Source: an uncultured Pelagibacteraceae bacterium (GTDB lineage: Bacteria; Pseudomonadota; Alphaproteobacteria; Pelagibacterales; AG-422-B15). From it: a stretch of 64,000 nt of DNA. The stretch lies in the NCBI GenBank assembly GCA_902604225.1, contig CACKXV010000001.1:17123-81122 (forward strand). Reading direction: 5' to 3'. The position numbers and the translations under genes were made by a program. Shown here piece by piece: positions 30,306-42,839 of the stretch (positions are counted from its first letter, which is position 1; each line of letters opens with the position of its first letter). The notes beneath the pieces were generated by a model. That model was not told where the DNA came from. It worked only from the letters and a program-made list of their open reading frames with translations, and did no database searches.

Positions 30306-30916
30306 TAATTAATTTTTTTCTCAATTATCTTTTCAAACTCTGAAAAAGACATATTTCCCGAATAGAGGTCTCCATCTATAATAAAGGATGGGGTAGAGGA
30401 AACATCATAATCCTCAACGGCATCTATTCTCATTGTCAAAATAAAATCTGTTATTTCTTCATTTTCCATGCAGGAATTGAATTCGTCCTCAGAAATGCTG
30501 AATAATGTAGAATATGTTCTTAATGCATCTGTGCTGTTTTCTAGCACTCGGTCACTTTGTTTTGTAACAATCCACTTTTTTTGATCCTGAAATAAAAGTT
30601 TTTCCATAGCAAAAAAATCTTTTTCGTCTGTGCAGTGTAGTAGTTTAAAAGCATTTAAATCAATTGCATTCAACGCAAAGGGTCTGACCTCAAATTTAAT
30701 TTTTCCCGTATCAATATATTTCTCTTTAATTTCCGGAAAAATATTATTGCTGAAATCTGCACAGTGACTACAAGTTAAAGAACGGTACTCAACAATAGTC
30801 AATGGAGCAGCATCATCTCCAAGCTGCATTCCTGTTAATGTGCTACTTATGGCTAGCGATTGATAAAACACTAAGAGTGACACAAGAAAAATAGAGAATT
30901 TATGAATACTTTTCAT
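30305..30916 (-). CDS. DsbA-family periplasmic thiol:disulfide oxidoreductase
   Basis: 203 aa with a signal peptide and a CSHC active site in a DsbA-like context. Its stop overlaps the smc ATG by 1 nt (TAATG). Confidence 0.75.
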   Translation of the reverse strand: MKSIHKFSIFLVSLLVFYQSLAISSTLTGMQLGDDAAPLTIVEYRSLTCSHCADFSNNIFPEIKEKYIDTGKIKFEVRPFALNAIDLNAFKLLHCTDEKDFFAMEKLLFQDQKKWIVTKQSDRVLENSTDALRTYSTLFSISEDEFNSCMENEEITDFILTMRIDAVEDYDVSSTPSFIIDGDLYSGNMSFSEFEKIIEKKIN

Positions 30917-30939
30917 TTTTAATAATTATAGCCTACATT

Positions 30940-30980
30940 TTGTATACAATGACTAAAACAATATACAACATGTTGAATAT
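30940..30980. repeat. two palindromes in the dsbA / DUF721 spacer: TTGTATACAA (30940-30949) and ATATACAACATGTTGAATAT (30961-30980, one mismatched pair)
   Basis: Read directly from the sequence. TATAC recurs three times (starting at 30943, 30962 and 30978). Confidence 0.45.
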
Positions 30981-31041
30981 ACTCAATTTTTACCAATTTT
31001 AATAGGTTTTATTGCACAATTCTAATTACAAAAAGAATTTG

Positions 31042-31524
31042 TCAAAATTTCGTCTTAGAAATTTTTGAAGCAATTTTTTCAAAGCTTTTTTTTAGTTCTG
31101 GAAAATCTGATAGCTCTTCATATGTCTTATTTTTCTCTTTAATTTCACTATCTAATTGATTGAAATTAATATCTTTTCTGGATTTTTCATTTTTTAAATT
31201 GATTTGAATTATTTCAATCTTCTCAACCGCATTGTAGCCAAAAAATAAATTTATTTTATCTACAATTTTTTTATGCTCATGTTCAAAAGCAAAAGATATA
31301 CTTCTATCAACTTTAACCACAAGTTTGCCCTTTCCTTTAGGGCTCGAGTTCGTTGTTTTGATTTTAGTTGGGTAGGACAATTTATTAAAACTTGTACCAA
31401 CAATTTTCTCCCAATTTGAAAGTAGTTCTAGTTCAAAAAATCCTCTATTTTTTAATAATTTCTTTGCGTCATTTGGTAGAAGATTTGATAGAATTTGAGG
31501 TCCACTAAGTTTTTTATAAGACAT
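31042..31524 (-). CDS. DUF721 (DciA-like) protein
   Basis: DUF721-like blocks are present: LSNWEKIVG, KLVVKVDRSISFAFEHEHKKIVDKINLFFG. The track start at 31602 would overlap mutY by 65 nt. The ATG at 31524 (MSYKKLSGPQILSNLL) fits the family N-terminus. Confidence 0.62.
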   Translation of the reverse strand: MSYKKLSGPQILSNLLPNDAKKLLKNRGFFELELLSNWEKIVGTSFNKLSYPTKIKTTNSSPKGKGKLVVKVDRSISFAFEHEHKKIVDKINLFFGYNAVEKIEIIQINLKNEKSRKDINFNQLDSEIKEKNKTYEELSDFPELKKSFEKIASKISKTKF

Positions 31525-31537
31525 ATTAGAAATTAGC

Positions 31538-34363
<2,826 letters not shown>

Positions 34364-34364
34364 T

Positions 34365-35114
34365 TTATATTTTTACTTTTTTCTTTAAACTTTTTAAATC
34401 TTCCCAAGAAAACTTTTTTTGAGCTGGCTGTCTTAACAAGAAAGCTGGGTGGAATGTAGGTAGTATCGGATACTTTTTTTTATTAATTTCTATATCCAAC
34501 CACTTTCCCCTAATCTTAGTAATCCCCTCATTATTTTTAATTAGTGCATAAGTAGCAGTGCTTCCTAATAATAAAATTGCTTTTGGATTTACTATTTCGA
34601 TATGCTTTTTTATCATTGGTAAACATATCTCAATCTCTTCGTCTGTTGGCCTTCTGTTATTTGGTGGTCTCCACGGAACAATATTCGCAATGTAAACTTT
34701 TTCTCGATTTAGATCGATGGCCTCTAGCATTTTATCCAACAGCTTGCCACTTCTTCCAACAAAGGGCTTCCCTTGAATATCCTCATCATGACCTGGAGCC
34801 TCACCTATAAGCATGATTTTTGCACTTGGGTTTCCATCTGAAAAAACCATATTTGTTGCGCTTTTATGAAGTTCACAGCCTTTAAAATTTGACATGTATT
34901 CTTTTAATGATTCTAGACTATCAATATCGAGAATATCTTTTTCGATTTCATGCTGAGGAAAGTCTGTTTCTTTTTTTGACTGGAGCTTATCAGGCGATTT
35001 TATTGTTCCTTTTCCATACCTATTTTTTGCCATATTTCCTATATTTTCATCAACCCCGCTTAATTTATATTGATTTAGTAGTTTTATAGTATTTTGAATA
35101 TCTAACTTCGTCAT
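34365..35114 (-). CDS. uracil-DNA glycosylase, family 4
   Basis: Motifs are GEAPGHDEDIQGKPFVGRSG and HPAFLLR. The track start at 35120 is TTG; the ATG is at 35114. Confidence 0.88.
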   Translation of the reverse strand: MTKLDIQNTIKLLNQYKLSGVDENIGNMAKNRYGKGTIKSPDKLQSKKETDFPQHEIEKDILDIDSLESLKEYMSNFKGCELHKSATNMVFSDGNPSAKIMLIGEAPGHDEDIQGKPFVGRSGKLLDKMLEAIDLNREKVYIANIVPWRPPNNRRPTDEEIEICLPMIKKHIEIVNPKAILLLGSTATYALIKNNEGITKIRGKWLDIEINKKKYPILPTFHPAFLLRQPAQKKFSWEDLKSLKKKVKI

Positions 35115-35160
35115 AAACAAATTGAATTATAATGCTTATAAACTAAATATATAGTTAATA

Positions 35161-36807
35161 ATGGAGACTGATACTCATAGAGAAGCGATGGAGTACGACG
35201 TAGTTATCGTCGGAGCGGGACCCTCGGGTCTAGCAACTGCTATCAAATTAAAGCAAATTAATGCTGATGCAAACGTGTGCATAGTTGAAAAGGCCTCAGA
35301 GGTCGGAGCCCATATTTTGAGTGGAAACGTATTTGAAACCAAAGCACTAGACGAACTATTGCCTGACTGGCAGTCTATGGAAGGCTGTCCTCTAAAAACC
35401 AAAGTATCAAAAGAGAAATTTTTAGTTCTATCCGAAAAAAGCTATTTCTCTGTTCCATCATTTTTGTTGCCTCCCGTTCAACATAACAAAGGCAATTATA
35501 TAACTAGCCTTGCTAATTTATGCAGATGGCTTGGGCAAGTTGCTGAAGGTATGGGTGTTGAGATATATCCTGGATTTGCAGCTTCAGAAATTCTTTATGA
35601 TGAGCAAGGAAAAGTAAGAGGTGTTGCGACAAATGATATGGGTCTTGATATAAATAATGAAAAAAAAGACTCATATGAACCAGGTATAGAACTGCATGCC
35701 AAAGTTACTGTGTTTGCAGAAGGATGCAGAGGTCATCTAGGTAAACAATTAATTAATAAATTTAATTTATCAGAGAATTCTGATCCTCAGCAATATGGTA
35801 TTGGTTTAAAAGAAATATGGGAAGTTCCGGAAGAGAATCACGACGAGGGAATGGTTTTACATTCAGTTGGATGGCCTTTAGAAAATGACACTTACGGTGG
35901 CAGCTTTGTTTACCATGCAGAAAATAAACAAATTTATTTAGGGTATGTTATTGGCTTAGATTATTCAAACCCATATCTCTCACCTTTTGAAGAATTTCAA
36001 AGATTTAAAACACATCCAGCCATTAAAAAAATGTTATCTGGTGGCAAAAGAATTTCATATGGAGCAAGAGCATTAATTGAAGGTGGACTTCAAAGCTTAC
36101 CAAAAATGTATATGCCAGGTGCGTTACTTATTGGATGTGATGCTGGCACTTTGAACATGCCCAAAATTAAAGGATCGCATACTGCTATGAAAAGTGGAAT
36201 TCTAGCCGCAGAAACTATCAATGAATTTATTTCCGAAAGAGTGTCTAATTTATCAGTTTATGAGGAAAAATTTAATAGTAGCTGGCTTTATAAAGAACTT
36301 CATGCAGCACGGAACGTGAAGCCTTTCTTTACTAGATTTGGAACAATGTTAGGCGTCATGTTAGCAGGAATTGATCAATGGTTGTTTTGGGGAAAAATGC
36401 CATTCACTTTATCCCACAAGCACGCTGACCATGAAACACTTATCAAAGCTAAAGACGCAAAAAAAATCGAATATCCTAAGCCTGACGGGGTACTAACCTT
36501 TGATAGGTCAAGCTCGGTTTATTTGACAGGCACATACCATACAGAAAATCAACCTGTTCACCTTCAACTAAAAGATAGTGAATTACCGATAAATTACACA
36601 CTGAACGAATACGACGAACCTTCACAAAGATATTGTCCCGTAGGAGTTTATGAAGTCCATCAGGATAATGAAAGCGAAACACCTATATTTGTGATCAATA
36701 GTCAAAATTGTATTCACTGCAAAACATGTGACATCAAAGAGCCGTCGCAAAATATTAATTGGGTGACACCTGAAGGTGGAGGTGGGCCAAAGTATGCAAA
36801 TATGTAA
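35161..36807 (+). CDS. electron-transfer flavoprotein:ubiquinone oxidoreductase
   Basis: 548 aa with YDVVIVGAGPSGL and the C-terminal ferredoxin-like CIHCKTCDIKEP...NWVTPEGGGGPKY. Confidence 0.93.
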   Translation: METDTHREAMEYDVVIVGAGPSGLATAIKLKQINADANVCIVEKASEVGAHILSGNVFETKALDELLPDWQSMEGCPLKTKVSKEKFLVLSEKSYFSVPSFLLPPVQHNKGNYITSLANLCRWLGQVAEGMGVEIYPGFAASEILYDEQGKVRGVATNDMGLDINNEKKDSYEPGIELHAKVTVFAEGCRGHLGKQLINKFNLSENSDPQQYGIGLKEIWEVPEENHDEGMVLHSVGWPLENDTYGGSFVYHAENKQIYLGYVIGLDYSNPYLSPFEEFQRFKTHPAIKKMLSGGKRISYGARALIEGGLQSLPKMYMPGALLIGCDAGTLNMPKIKGSHTAMKSGILAAETINEFISERVSNLSVYEEKFNSSWLYKELHAARNVKPFFTRFGTMLGVMLAGIDQWLFWGKMPFTLSHKHADHETLIKAKDAKKIEYPKPDGVLTFDRSSSVYLTGTYHTENQPVHLQLKDSELPINYTLNEYDEPSQRYCPVGVYEVHQDNESETPIFVINSQNCIHCKTCDIKEPSQNINWVTPEGGGGPKYANM

Positions 36808-36819
36808 AATTAGACGAGT

Positions 36820-38481
36820 ATGAGTATTATAAGATTACTCTCTTTCATCTTAATATTTATTCTATCTTTCAGCTCAGCGAATGCCGCTAAAACAAATTTA
36901 CCAAAAATAGGTGACTATTTAGTTGCAAACATATCAAGTAATTCAAATGATTATAAAATAACCAAAAGGTATTATCAAAAATTACACCGATCAAACCCAA
37001 ATGATCTATTAGCTTTAGATCGATTACTACTTCTTAGTATCTTAGATGGTGACTTGTACAGCGCCAATAACTATTCATTTAAATTAGCTCAGGCAGGCTG
37101 TGATAAAAAAGTAAACTCATGCTGCATGAACAATCAGTCACCTCAGGGTCATCTAGTAAATGGCATTTCATATTTAAACTCTTACAAGCAAGGTTTTGCT
37201 GATCAGAGTTTTGCCAGTATATGGAGAGGAGAAATATCAGACAGTACTTTTGTTAGGCTTTTAAGGGCCTGGGTTTGGGCCGATAGTCCCTCTCTTGATA
37301 AGAGCATGGCATTGATCGACCTGATATCATCTGATGATCATCAATATCTCACCTTGGTTCATAAGGCTCTCATATATGACTTTGCAGATGAGATTGAATT
37401 AGCAGAAATTTTTTATGAGCAATCACTGTCTATACAAAATGATCTTTATGTAATGCAGTTATATTTAAATTTTTTGAACAGAAATAGTCTTGTAAAAGAA
37501 AAAAATAAATTTGTAAGTGAATATTTGTCTGATTATGATGATGCTTTTATAGAGAAGTTTACTAAATCCAATAATAATCGAATTATTCAGAATCCATTAC
37601 AGGGAATTGGTATTGTTTTATTCAACGCACAATCATTAATCAAAAACGTTAATCAAGAATTGTCCCATATGTTGTTTCAATTGGCTTTAGAGACATCACC
37701 TAATATGCATGAGATAAAATATATATTTGCAACATTCTTGAGCCAAACACAAGATCAAGATAAAGCTCGAGATATCTTAAGCTTAATACCTAAGACTCAT
37801 TATCTAGGACATTTTGCAGCAATTCAAATATCGGAAACATATAGTTATGAAGATGAAAGCGCTAAAGCCATCAATAACTTAAAAAATTTTTCAGAAAGCG
37901 AAGAAAATTTTGAAATATTTTTATCACTCGGAAATTTTTATCGATACGAAAAGGATTGGAACAACGCAATTAAGTCTTATCGAGCAGCACTCGATTTAGG
38001 AGAAGCATTAGATAAAGAAAACTTGTGGGAAGTTTATTTTAATATTGGGATAGTTCATGAAAGAACAAAAAATTGGAAATTAGCTGAACAAAACTTTATC
38101 AATGCGTTAGAACTTTATGAAGAACAGCCAGATGTATTAAATTATTTAGGTTATTCTTATATTGATATGGACCAAAATTTATCTACAGCCAAGGAAATGA
38201 TTGAAAAGGCAATTTCTTTAAAGCCCAACGATCCTTACATTATTGATAGTCTGGCTTGGTATTATTATAAGGTTGGGCAATATGAAGATGCGCTCTCATT
38301 GCTAGAGTTTTCAATTGATATGATGCCTTATGATCCAACAGTTAATGATCATTACGGAGACGTACTTTGGATGCTTGGAAATGAAATACAAGCGAGATAT
38401 TATTGGAAAAAAGCAATAGAACTGGATATTGATGAGCCTCTTCAAGAAAAGATTCATAGAAAACTACTTAAAGGAATCTGA
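36820..38481 (+). CDS. secreted TPR-repeat protein
   Basis: 553 aa with a signal peptide (cleavage near SANA-AK). The C-terminal half has multiple TPR units (W..A...Y..AL.L.P motifs). It lies directly upstream of ispE. Confidence 0.7.
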   Translation: MSIIRLLSFILIFILSFSSANAAKTNLPKIGDYLVANISSNSNDYKITKRYYQKLHRSNPNDLLALDRLLLLSILDGDLYSANNYSFKLAQAGCDKKVNSCCMNNQSPQGHLVNGISYLNSYKQGFADQSFASIWRGEISDSTFVRLLRAWVWADSPSLDKSMALIDLISSDDHQYLTLVHKALIYDFADEIELAEIFYEQSLSIQNDLYVMQLYLNFLNRNSLVKEKNKFVSEYLSDYDDAFIEKFTKSNNNRIIQNPLQGIGIVLFNAQSLIKNVNQELSHMLFQLALETSPNMHEIKYIFATFLSQTQDQDKARDILSLIPKTHYLGHFAAIQISETYSYEDESAKAINNLKNFSESEENFEIFLSLGNFYRYEKDWNNAIKSYRAALDLGEALDKENLWEVYFNIGIVHERTKNWKLAEQNFINALELYEEQPDVLNYLGYSYIDMDQNLSTAKEMIEKAISLKPNDPYIIDSLAWYYYKVGQYEDALSLLEFSIDMMPYDPTVNDHYGDVLWMLGNEIQARYYWKKAIELDIDEPLQEKIHRKLLKGI

Positions 38482-38486
38482 TATCA

Positions 38487-39323
38487 TTGCACAAGCATAC
38501 ATTACAATCATACGCAAAAATTAATTTATTTCTTGAAGTAATTAAAAAACTTAAAAATGGTTATCACGATTTATCTTCTATTATCACAAGAATAAGTATT
38601 TCCGATAAAATTAAAATTGATACAGCAACTGATTTTTCTGCGAAATTTATAGGACCCTTTTGCTCGCAAGTAAGTCAAGAAAGCAATATTCATACTTTGT
38701 TTCAATTCCTATTAGATAATAATTTTATCAACCATAGTAATTATGCAATTCTTATTGATAAACAAATACCAGTTGGCTCTGGATTGGGAGGCGGATCCTC
38801 AAATGTTGCCGAAATTCTAAAGTACTTAATGAGTGAGGGCGCTTTATCAAAATCACAATGTTTATTAGCTGCAAAAGAACTCGGTTCTGATATTGAATTT
38901 TTTTTAGAAGAAGGTTCAGCTTTAATTAATGGTACTGGTTCTGTAAAAAGAAGAATAAATTTATTCTCAGATAAAATTTTTCTCATTATTTACCCACAAA
39001 TTTTAATGAGTACAAAAATAATTTTTGAGCAGCATAATATATTGAGTAAGAGTAATTTTCTTTACGAGGGACAAACACAAATTAGTGATATATTGCAAGA
39101 TACTTCAAATGACCTTGAGAAGACAGCTATAACTCTGCATCAAGAAACAGGAATGGTAAAGCAGTTTCTAGAAAACGATGAACATTGTGAGTTTGCTAGA
39201 ATGACAGGAAGTGGATCAGCATTTTTTGGATGTTACAATGATGAAGTTTTCGCAAATGATGCTGCCTCTAAAATCAAAAAACTCTATCCTAAATGGTGGA
39301 CTTGCCTTACTAGGACAATATAA
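38487..39323 (+). CDS. ispE: 4-diphosphocytidyl-2-C-methyl-D-erythritol kinase
   Basis: 278 aa. It has SYAKINLFLEV, the GHMP loop IPVGSGLGGGSSNVA and MTGSGSAFFG. The start codon is TTG. Confidence 0.85.
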   Translation: MHKHTLQSYAKINLFLEVIKKLKNGYHDLSSIITRISISDKIKIDTATDFSAKFIGPFCSQVSQESNIHTLFQFLLDNNFINHSNYAILIDKQIPVGSGLGGGSSNVAEILKYLMSEGALSKSQCLLAAKELGSDIEFFLEEGSALINGTGSVKRRINLFSDKIFLIIYPQILMSTKIIFEQHNILSKSNFLYEGQTQISDILQDTSNDLEKTAITLHQETGMVKQFLENDEHCEFARMTGSGSAFFGCYNDEVFANDAASKIKKLYPKWWTCLTRTI

Positions 39324-39366
39324 TCATTGCAAAATCTATTTGTTAAACTAAATAATGTAAGTGCGT

Positions 39367-39441
39367 TGGGGCGTGGCCAAGCGGTAAGGCACCGCTTTTT
39401 GGTAGCGGCATTCGGAGGTTCGAATCCTCCCGCCCCAGCCA
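39367..39441 (+). tRNA. tRNA-Gln (anticodon TTG), CCA encoded
   Basis: 75 nt with a clean cloverleaf. The acceptor is TGGGGCG/CGCCCCA and the anticodon stem is CCGCT/AGCGG with loop TTTTGGT. The T arm is GGAGG TTCGAAT CCTCC. Confidence 0.92.
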
Positions 39442-39452
39442 AGGAAAAAAAT

Positions 39453-40004
39453 ATGAGCAACTTTTTAAATAAATATAAATCCGTTTATGATGTGTTTTTA
39501 GATAACTGGAGTTATCAGTCACATTTTGTCTTGTACCTTGAGGCCTTAATGCGTCAACAAACGCTGTTGCCCACTTATATCAAAGAAATGATCTTTGCCT
39601 ACATATCTGGCCTTAATGGATGCCAATATTGTAAAAATATTCATGCCGAAATATCCAAGAAACTCCTTAGAGATGCGAACGAAGAAGACCCGCTTCTAGA
39701 TATTGAAAATGCTGGTATAGAAGAAAAGTACAAACCAATTTTGAAACTGGCTCACAAAGTGAATGCAGATATAAAATCAATTGCTGATGAGGATGTAGAT
39801 CAAGTTTTACAATATGGTTTCGATGAACAAGTAATTTCAGAAATTATTTCAATATGTGGCGCCGCACAATTTATGAATACAGTAGTTGTAGCTCATCGTA
39901 TAAAACCTCTTGATGACGTTCAAAACATTGGCTCAGCAAAGATGATGATAGATAAAGGTTATGATGGACTCGCTGAATATATGATCTCAAAAAGAAATAA
40001 ATAA
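39453..40004 (+). CDS. carboxymuconolactone decarboxylase (AhpD-like) family protein
   Basis: 183 aa from the ATG at 39453, with a CQYC motif in an AhpD/CMD-like helix (ISGLNGCQYCKNIH). The track ORF 39327..40004 is extended artificially through the tRNA-Gln gene. Confidence 0.62.
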   Translation: MSNFLNKYKSVYDVFLDNWSYQSHFVLYLEALMRQQTLLPTYIKEMIFAYISGLNGCQYCKNIHAEISKKLLRDANEEDPLLDIENAGIEEKYKPILKLAHKVNADIKSIADEDVDQVLQYGFDEQVISEIISICGAAQFMNTVVVAHRIKPLDDVQNIGSAKMMIDKGYDGLAEYMISKRNK

Positions 40005-40379
40005 TTAGGTTATTCTTAATAAGCTCATTCCTAAGAAAAAAGCCCCAACTGTAAGAGTAAACGTTCCAATTATATAGATAATTGAAATCAGAATATTGCC
40101 GTTTTGAATTAGCTCAAAAACATCAACATTAAAAGAAGAGAAAGTTGTAAAGCCACCTAAGAAACCAATAGTGATAAACATTTTAAGATTATCAGAAATA
40201 TTAATTTTAGCTGCGAAATAGCTCCATGCCAACCCAATTAGAAAAGCACCTATAACATTCACTGTGAGGGTTCCATAAGGAAAAGAACTTGCAAAAGATT
40301 TATTAATTTGCTCAATGAGAACATATCGAGTCAACGCACCCATGCCGCCACCGATAAATATTGAAACAATCAAACTCAT
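40005..40379 (-). CDS. crcB: fluoride channel CrcB/Fluc
   Basis: 124 aa with 4 TM helices and motifs GGMGALTRY and GFLGGFTTFSSF. Its ATG overlaps the upstream stop by 1 nt. Confidence 0.88.
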   Translation of the reverse strand: MSLIVSIFIGGGMGALTRYVLIEQINKSFASSFPYGTLTVNVIGAFLIGLAWSYFAAKINISDNLKMFITIGFLGGFTTFSSFNVDVFELIQNGNILISIIYIIGTFTLTVGAFFLGMSLLRIT

Positions 40380-41227
40380 TAATCTTTCATGCCTACAAGA
40401 TGAGTTAAAATTCCAAAGTGATCACTGGGATAAATATCATTTGATTTATTTCCTATTAGGCAACTTTTTACAGGTTGACCTAGACCTTTTGGCCCTGATT
40501 TTGAAGAAAATATATAATCAATCCTTCGATCATACTCTAAAGTTTTCATTGCCCATTTATTTTCATTTGACCATGTATAACCTGGCTCACCCACATTTGT
40601 GAGGTTCCAAACATCTCTGAGAACTGTTTCATTGATTGGGTTTTTGTGCCCAGTGATCATTTTTATTTCATCACTCTCAGGATCTGCATTAAAGTCACCA
40701 CACAATAAAACTGGAAATTTAGATTTTTGCAGATGGCTTATATACTTCATTAATTCTGTAACTTGGCTTTCTCTTACTGGTTGATGCTCGTATTTGTAGT
40801 TCAGGTGCGTACATATTACATTAATTGTAATACCGTTTTTATAGAGCAACTCAGCATGAATAAATAATTTCTTCTCATCTTTATTAGGGTCTGCTTTAAA
40901 CATTGTTATTTGATGATTTTGTATTGGATATTTTGAGATTATAGCATTTCCAAACGCAACACCATCAAACTCAAAAGATTTTGCGTAAATATAATTGTAT
41001 CCTAGTTTGTCTGCTATTATTTTTGCTTGGCTTTCATCTTCCTCTTCCCATACTTCTTGTAAACACAGTATATCAGCAGCTATTTCTTGGAGTTCTGATA
41101 AAATTAATGCTTCTCTCTTCTTATATGACTCAAACTTCCACCATAAATTCCAAGTCAGGAGCTTAATGGTCTCATCGCACTCTTCAATTATAATTGCATC
41201 AGGATCAGGAAAAGATTTATCACTCAT
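40379..41227 (-). CDS. endonuclease/exonuclease/phosphatase (EEP) family protein
   Basis: 282 aa. Motifs are LLTWNLWW, ILCLQEVW, GDFNA and the C-terminal SDHFGI. Confidence 0.8.
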   Translation of the reverse strand: MSDKSFPDPDAIIIEECDETIKLLTWNLWWKFESYKKREALILSELQEIAADILCLQEVWEEEDESQAKIIADKLGYNYIYAKSFEFDGVAFGNAIISKYPIQNHQITMFKADPNKDEKKLFIHAELLYKNGITINVICTHLNYKYEHQPVRESQVTELMKYISHLQKSKFPVLLCGDFNADPESDEIKMITGHKNPINETVLRDVWNLTNVGEPGYTWSNENKWAMKTLEYDRRIDYIFSSKSGPKGLGQPVKSCLIGNKSNDIYPSDHFGILTHLVGMKD

Positions 41228-41231
41228 TCAG

Positions 41232-41687
41232 TTACGGAAAGGCAACCATAATCGTTTCAGCTACATAAGCTGGCTTATCTTGACCTTCAATTTCTAGTGA
41301 TACCTCGCTGATTACTTGCGTACCACCGTTATCTAATTTGTTAACTTCGTTTATTTTAGCTGACATTCTTACTTTAGAATTTACAGGCACCATGTTAATG
41401 AATCTAACTTTGTTTAAGCCATAATTTATCACCATTTTGGCGCCTGAGATAATCCATACTTGAGCGCTCAAAGGCACTGAAAGAGAGAGACTTAAAAATC
41501 CATGAGCAATTGTGCTTTTAGTTGGCAATTCTTTTTGAGCTTTTTCTTCGTCAACATGTATCCATTGATGATCACTAGTTGCTTCAGCAAACTGATTTAT
41601 TCTTTCTTGATCAATAGTCATCCATTCTGAATAACCCATTTCTTTCCCTTTATATGACTCGATTTCATTAACATCAACTGTCAGCAT
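41232..41687 (-). CDS. MaoC-like (R)-specific enoyl-CoA hydratase / hotdog-fold dehydratase
   Basis: 151 aa with DQERINQFAEATSDHQWIHVD and IAHGFL motifs. Confidence 0.85.
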   Translation of the reverse strand: MLTVDVNEIESYKGKEMGYSEWMTIDQERINQFAEATSDHQWIHVDEEKAQKELPTKSTIAHGFLSLSLSVPLSAQVWIISGAKMVINYGLNKVRFINMVPVNSKVRMSAKINEVNKLDNGGTQVISEVSLEIEGQDKPAYVAETIMVAFP

Positions 41688-41759
41688 AATATATCTCCCA
41701 ATTCGTAATTTTTAATTGTAAAATCATAACGAAAATAAGCTAATAATAGAAGTTTTATA

Positions 41760-42248
41760 ATGGAAAATATTCGAAGAACTAAACCTGATGATGAAATAAA
41801 TATATCTAGTTTGTTGGATGAAGCATTTGGACCAGGAAGATTAGCAAGATCTGTATATCGTTTGAGAGAAATAAGACCTTTCATTGATGAATATTCATAT
41901 GTCTATTTGAATGACTCAAAAATTGCTGCAAGCATCAGTTACAGTGAAACGTATATAAACAATTTATTTAAAGGACTTTTACTAGGTCCTCTTGCGGTCA
42001 GTCCTGCCTTAAAAGGCAAAGGTCACGGTAAAGAATTAGTAAAATACACAATTAAAAAAATCGAATTGAGCAATATTTATGATTTTATAATTGTCGTTGG
42101 TGACTTAGATTATTATTCAAAATTTGAATTCAATAATGTTGAGAAGCACTTAGAATTTTATGGTCCTGTAGATAAGGACAAAGTTTTGATAAAATTGATT
42201 GGTACAAAAATAAATATAAATGATATTGAGCAGTATAAATTTACGTAG
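41760..42248 (+). CDS. GNAT N-acetyltransferase (YhbS-like)
   Basis: 162 aa with LLGPLAVSPALKGKGHGKELV and the C-terminal YYSKFEF. Confidence 0.7.
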   Translation: MENIRRTKPDDEINISSLLDEAFGPGRLARSVYRLREIRPFIDEYSYVYLNDSKIAASISYSETYINNLFKGLLLGPLAVSPALKGKGHGKELVKYTIKKIELSNIYDFIIVVGDLDYYSKFEFNNVEKHLEFYGPVDKDKVLIKLIGTKININDIEQYKFT

Positions 42249-42257
42249 AAAAAAATA

Positions 42258-42839
42258 ATGAGTGATGATCAAGTAAACTTGAAGGGTATAGAAACAATCT
42301 ATAGTTTCAGTAAATCAAATAAGAAATCTCTTCCTCCAATTGAAAAATGGAACCCTCCGTTTTGCGGAGATATTGATATGACAATTTCTAAATCTGGAAA
42401 ATGGTATTACATGGGTTCAGAAATTAAAAGACCTGCTATGGTTAAATTATTTTCAGGTATTCTTAGATTAGAGTCTGACAATTCATACTATTTGGTCACT
42501 CCAGTTGAAAAAGTAAGAATTCAAGTTGAAGACGCGCCTTTTGTAGCGGTAGCTATAGCAAATGAGCAAAGTGAAGGAGTAAATACAGTAACTTTCCGGA
42601 CCAATCTTAATGATGAAATTGTTCTTTCAAAAGAGAATCCATTATCAATTGAAATAAAGAAAAATGATGAACCCTCTCCATACATAACAGTTCGTAACAA
42701 TTTAAGAGCACTTATTTCTCGATCAGTTTTTTATGAATTAGTAGACTTAGCTGAGACAATACCAATTGATGGCGTACCGTACTTAGCGATAAAAAGTCAG
42801 GGGGAAATTTTTAAAATTTATAAAGTAGAAGATTTATGA
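42258..42839 (+). CDS. DUF1285 family protein
   Basis: 193 aa with WNPPFCGDIDMTISKSGKWYYMGSEIKRPAMVKLFSGIL, as in DUF1285 from memory. It overlaps the Nudix gene by 4 nt. Confidence 0.68.
   Translation: MSDDQVNLKGIETIYSFSKSNKKSLPPIEKWNPPFCGDIDMTISKSGKWYYMGSEIKRPAMVKLFSGILRLESDNSYYLVTPVEKVRIQVEDAPFVAVAIANEQSEGVNTVTFRTNLNDEIVLSKENPLSIEIKKNDEPSPYITVRNNLRALISRSVFYELVDLAETIPIDGVPYLAIKSQGEIFKIYKVEDL

Noticed and set aside
39327-39452. The N-terminal 42 codons of track ORF 39327..40004 (TTG start).
   Set aside because: This stretch reads straight through a clean tRNA-Gln cloverleaf (39367-39441). The real CDS almost certainly starts at the ATG at 39453, 11 nt after the tRNA.
40380-41759. Fluoride riboswitch controlling crcB.
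   Set aside because: crcB is translationally coupled to the upstream gene, so there is no spacer. The only leader of the operon is 72 nt of A/T-rich sequence with no resemblance to the riboswitch core.
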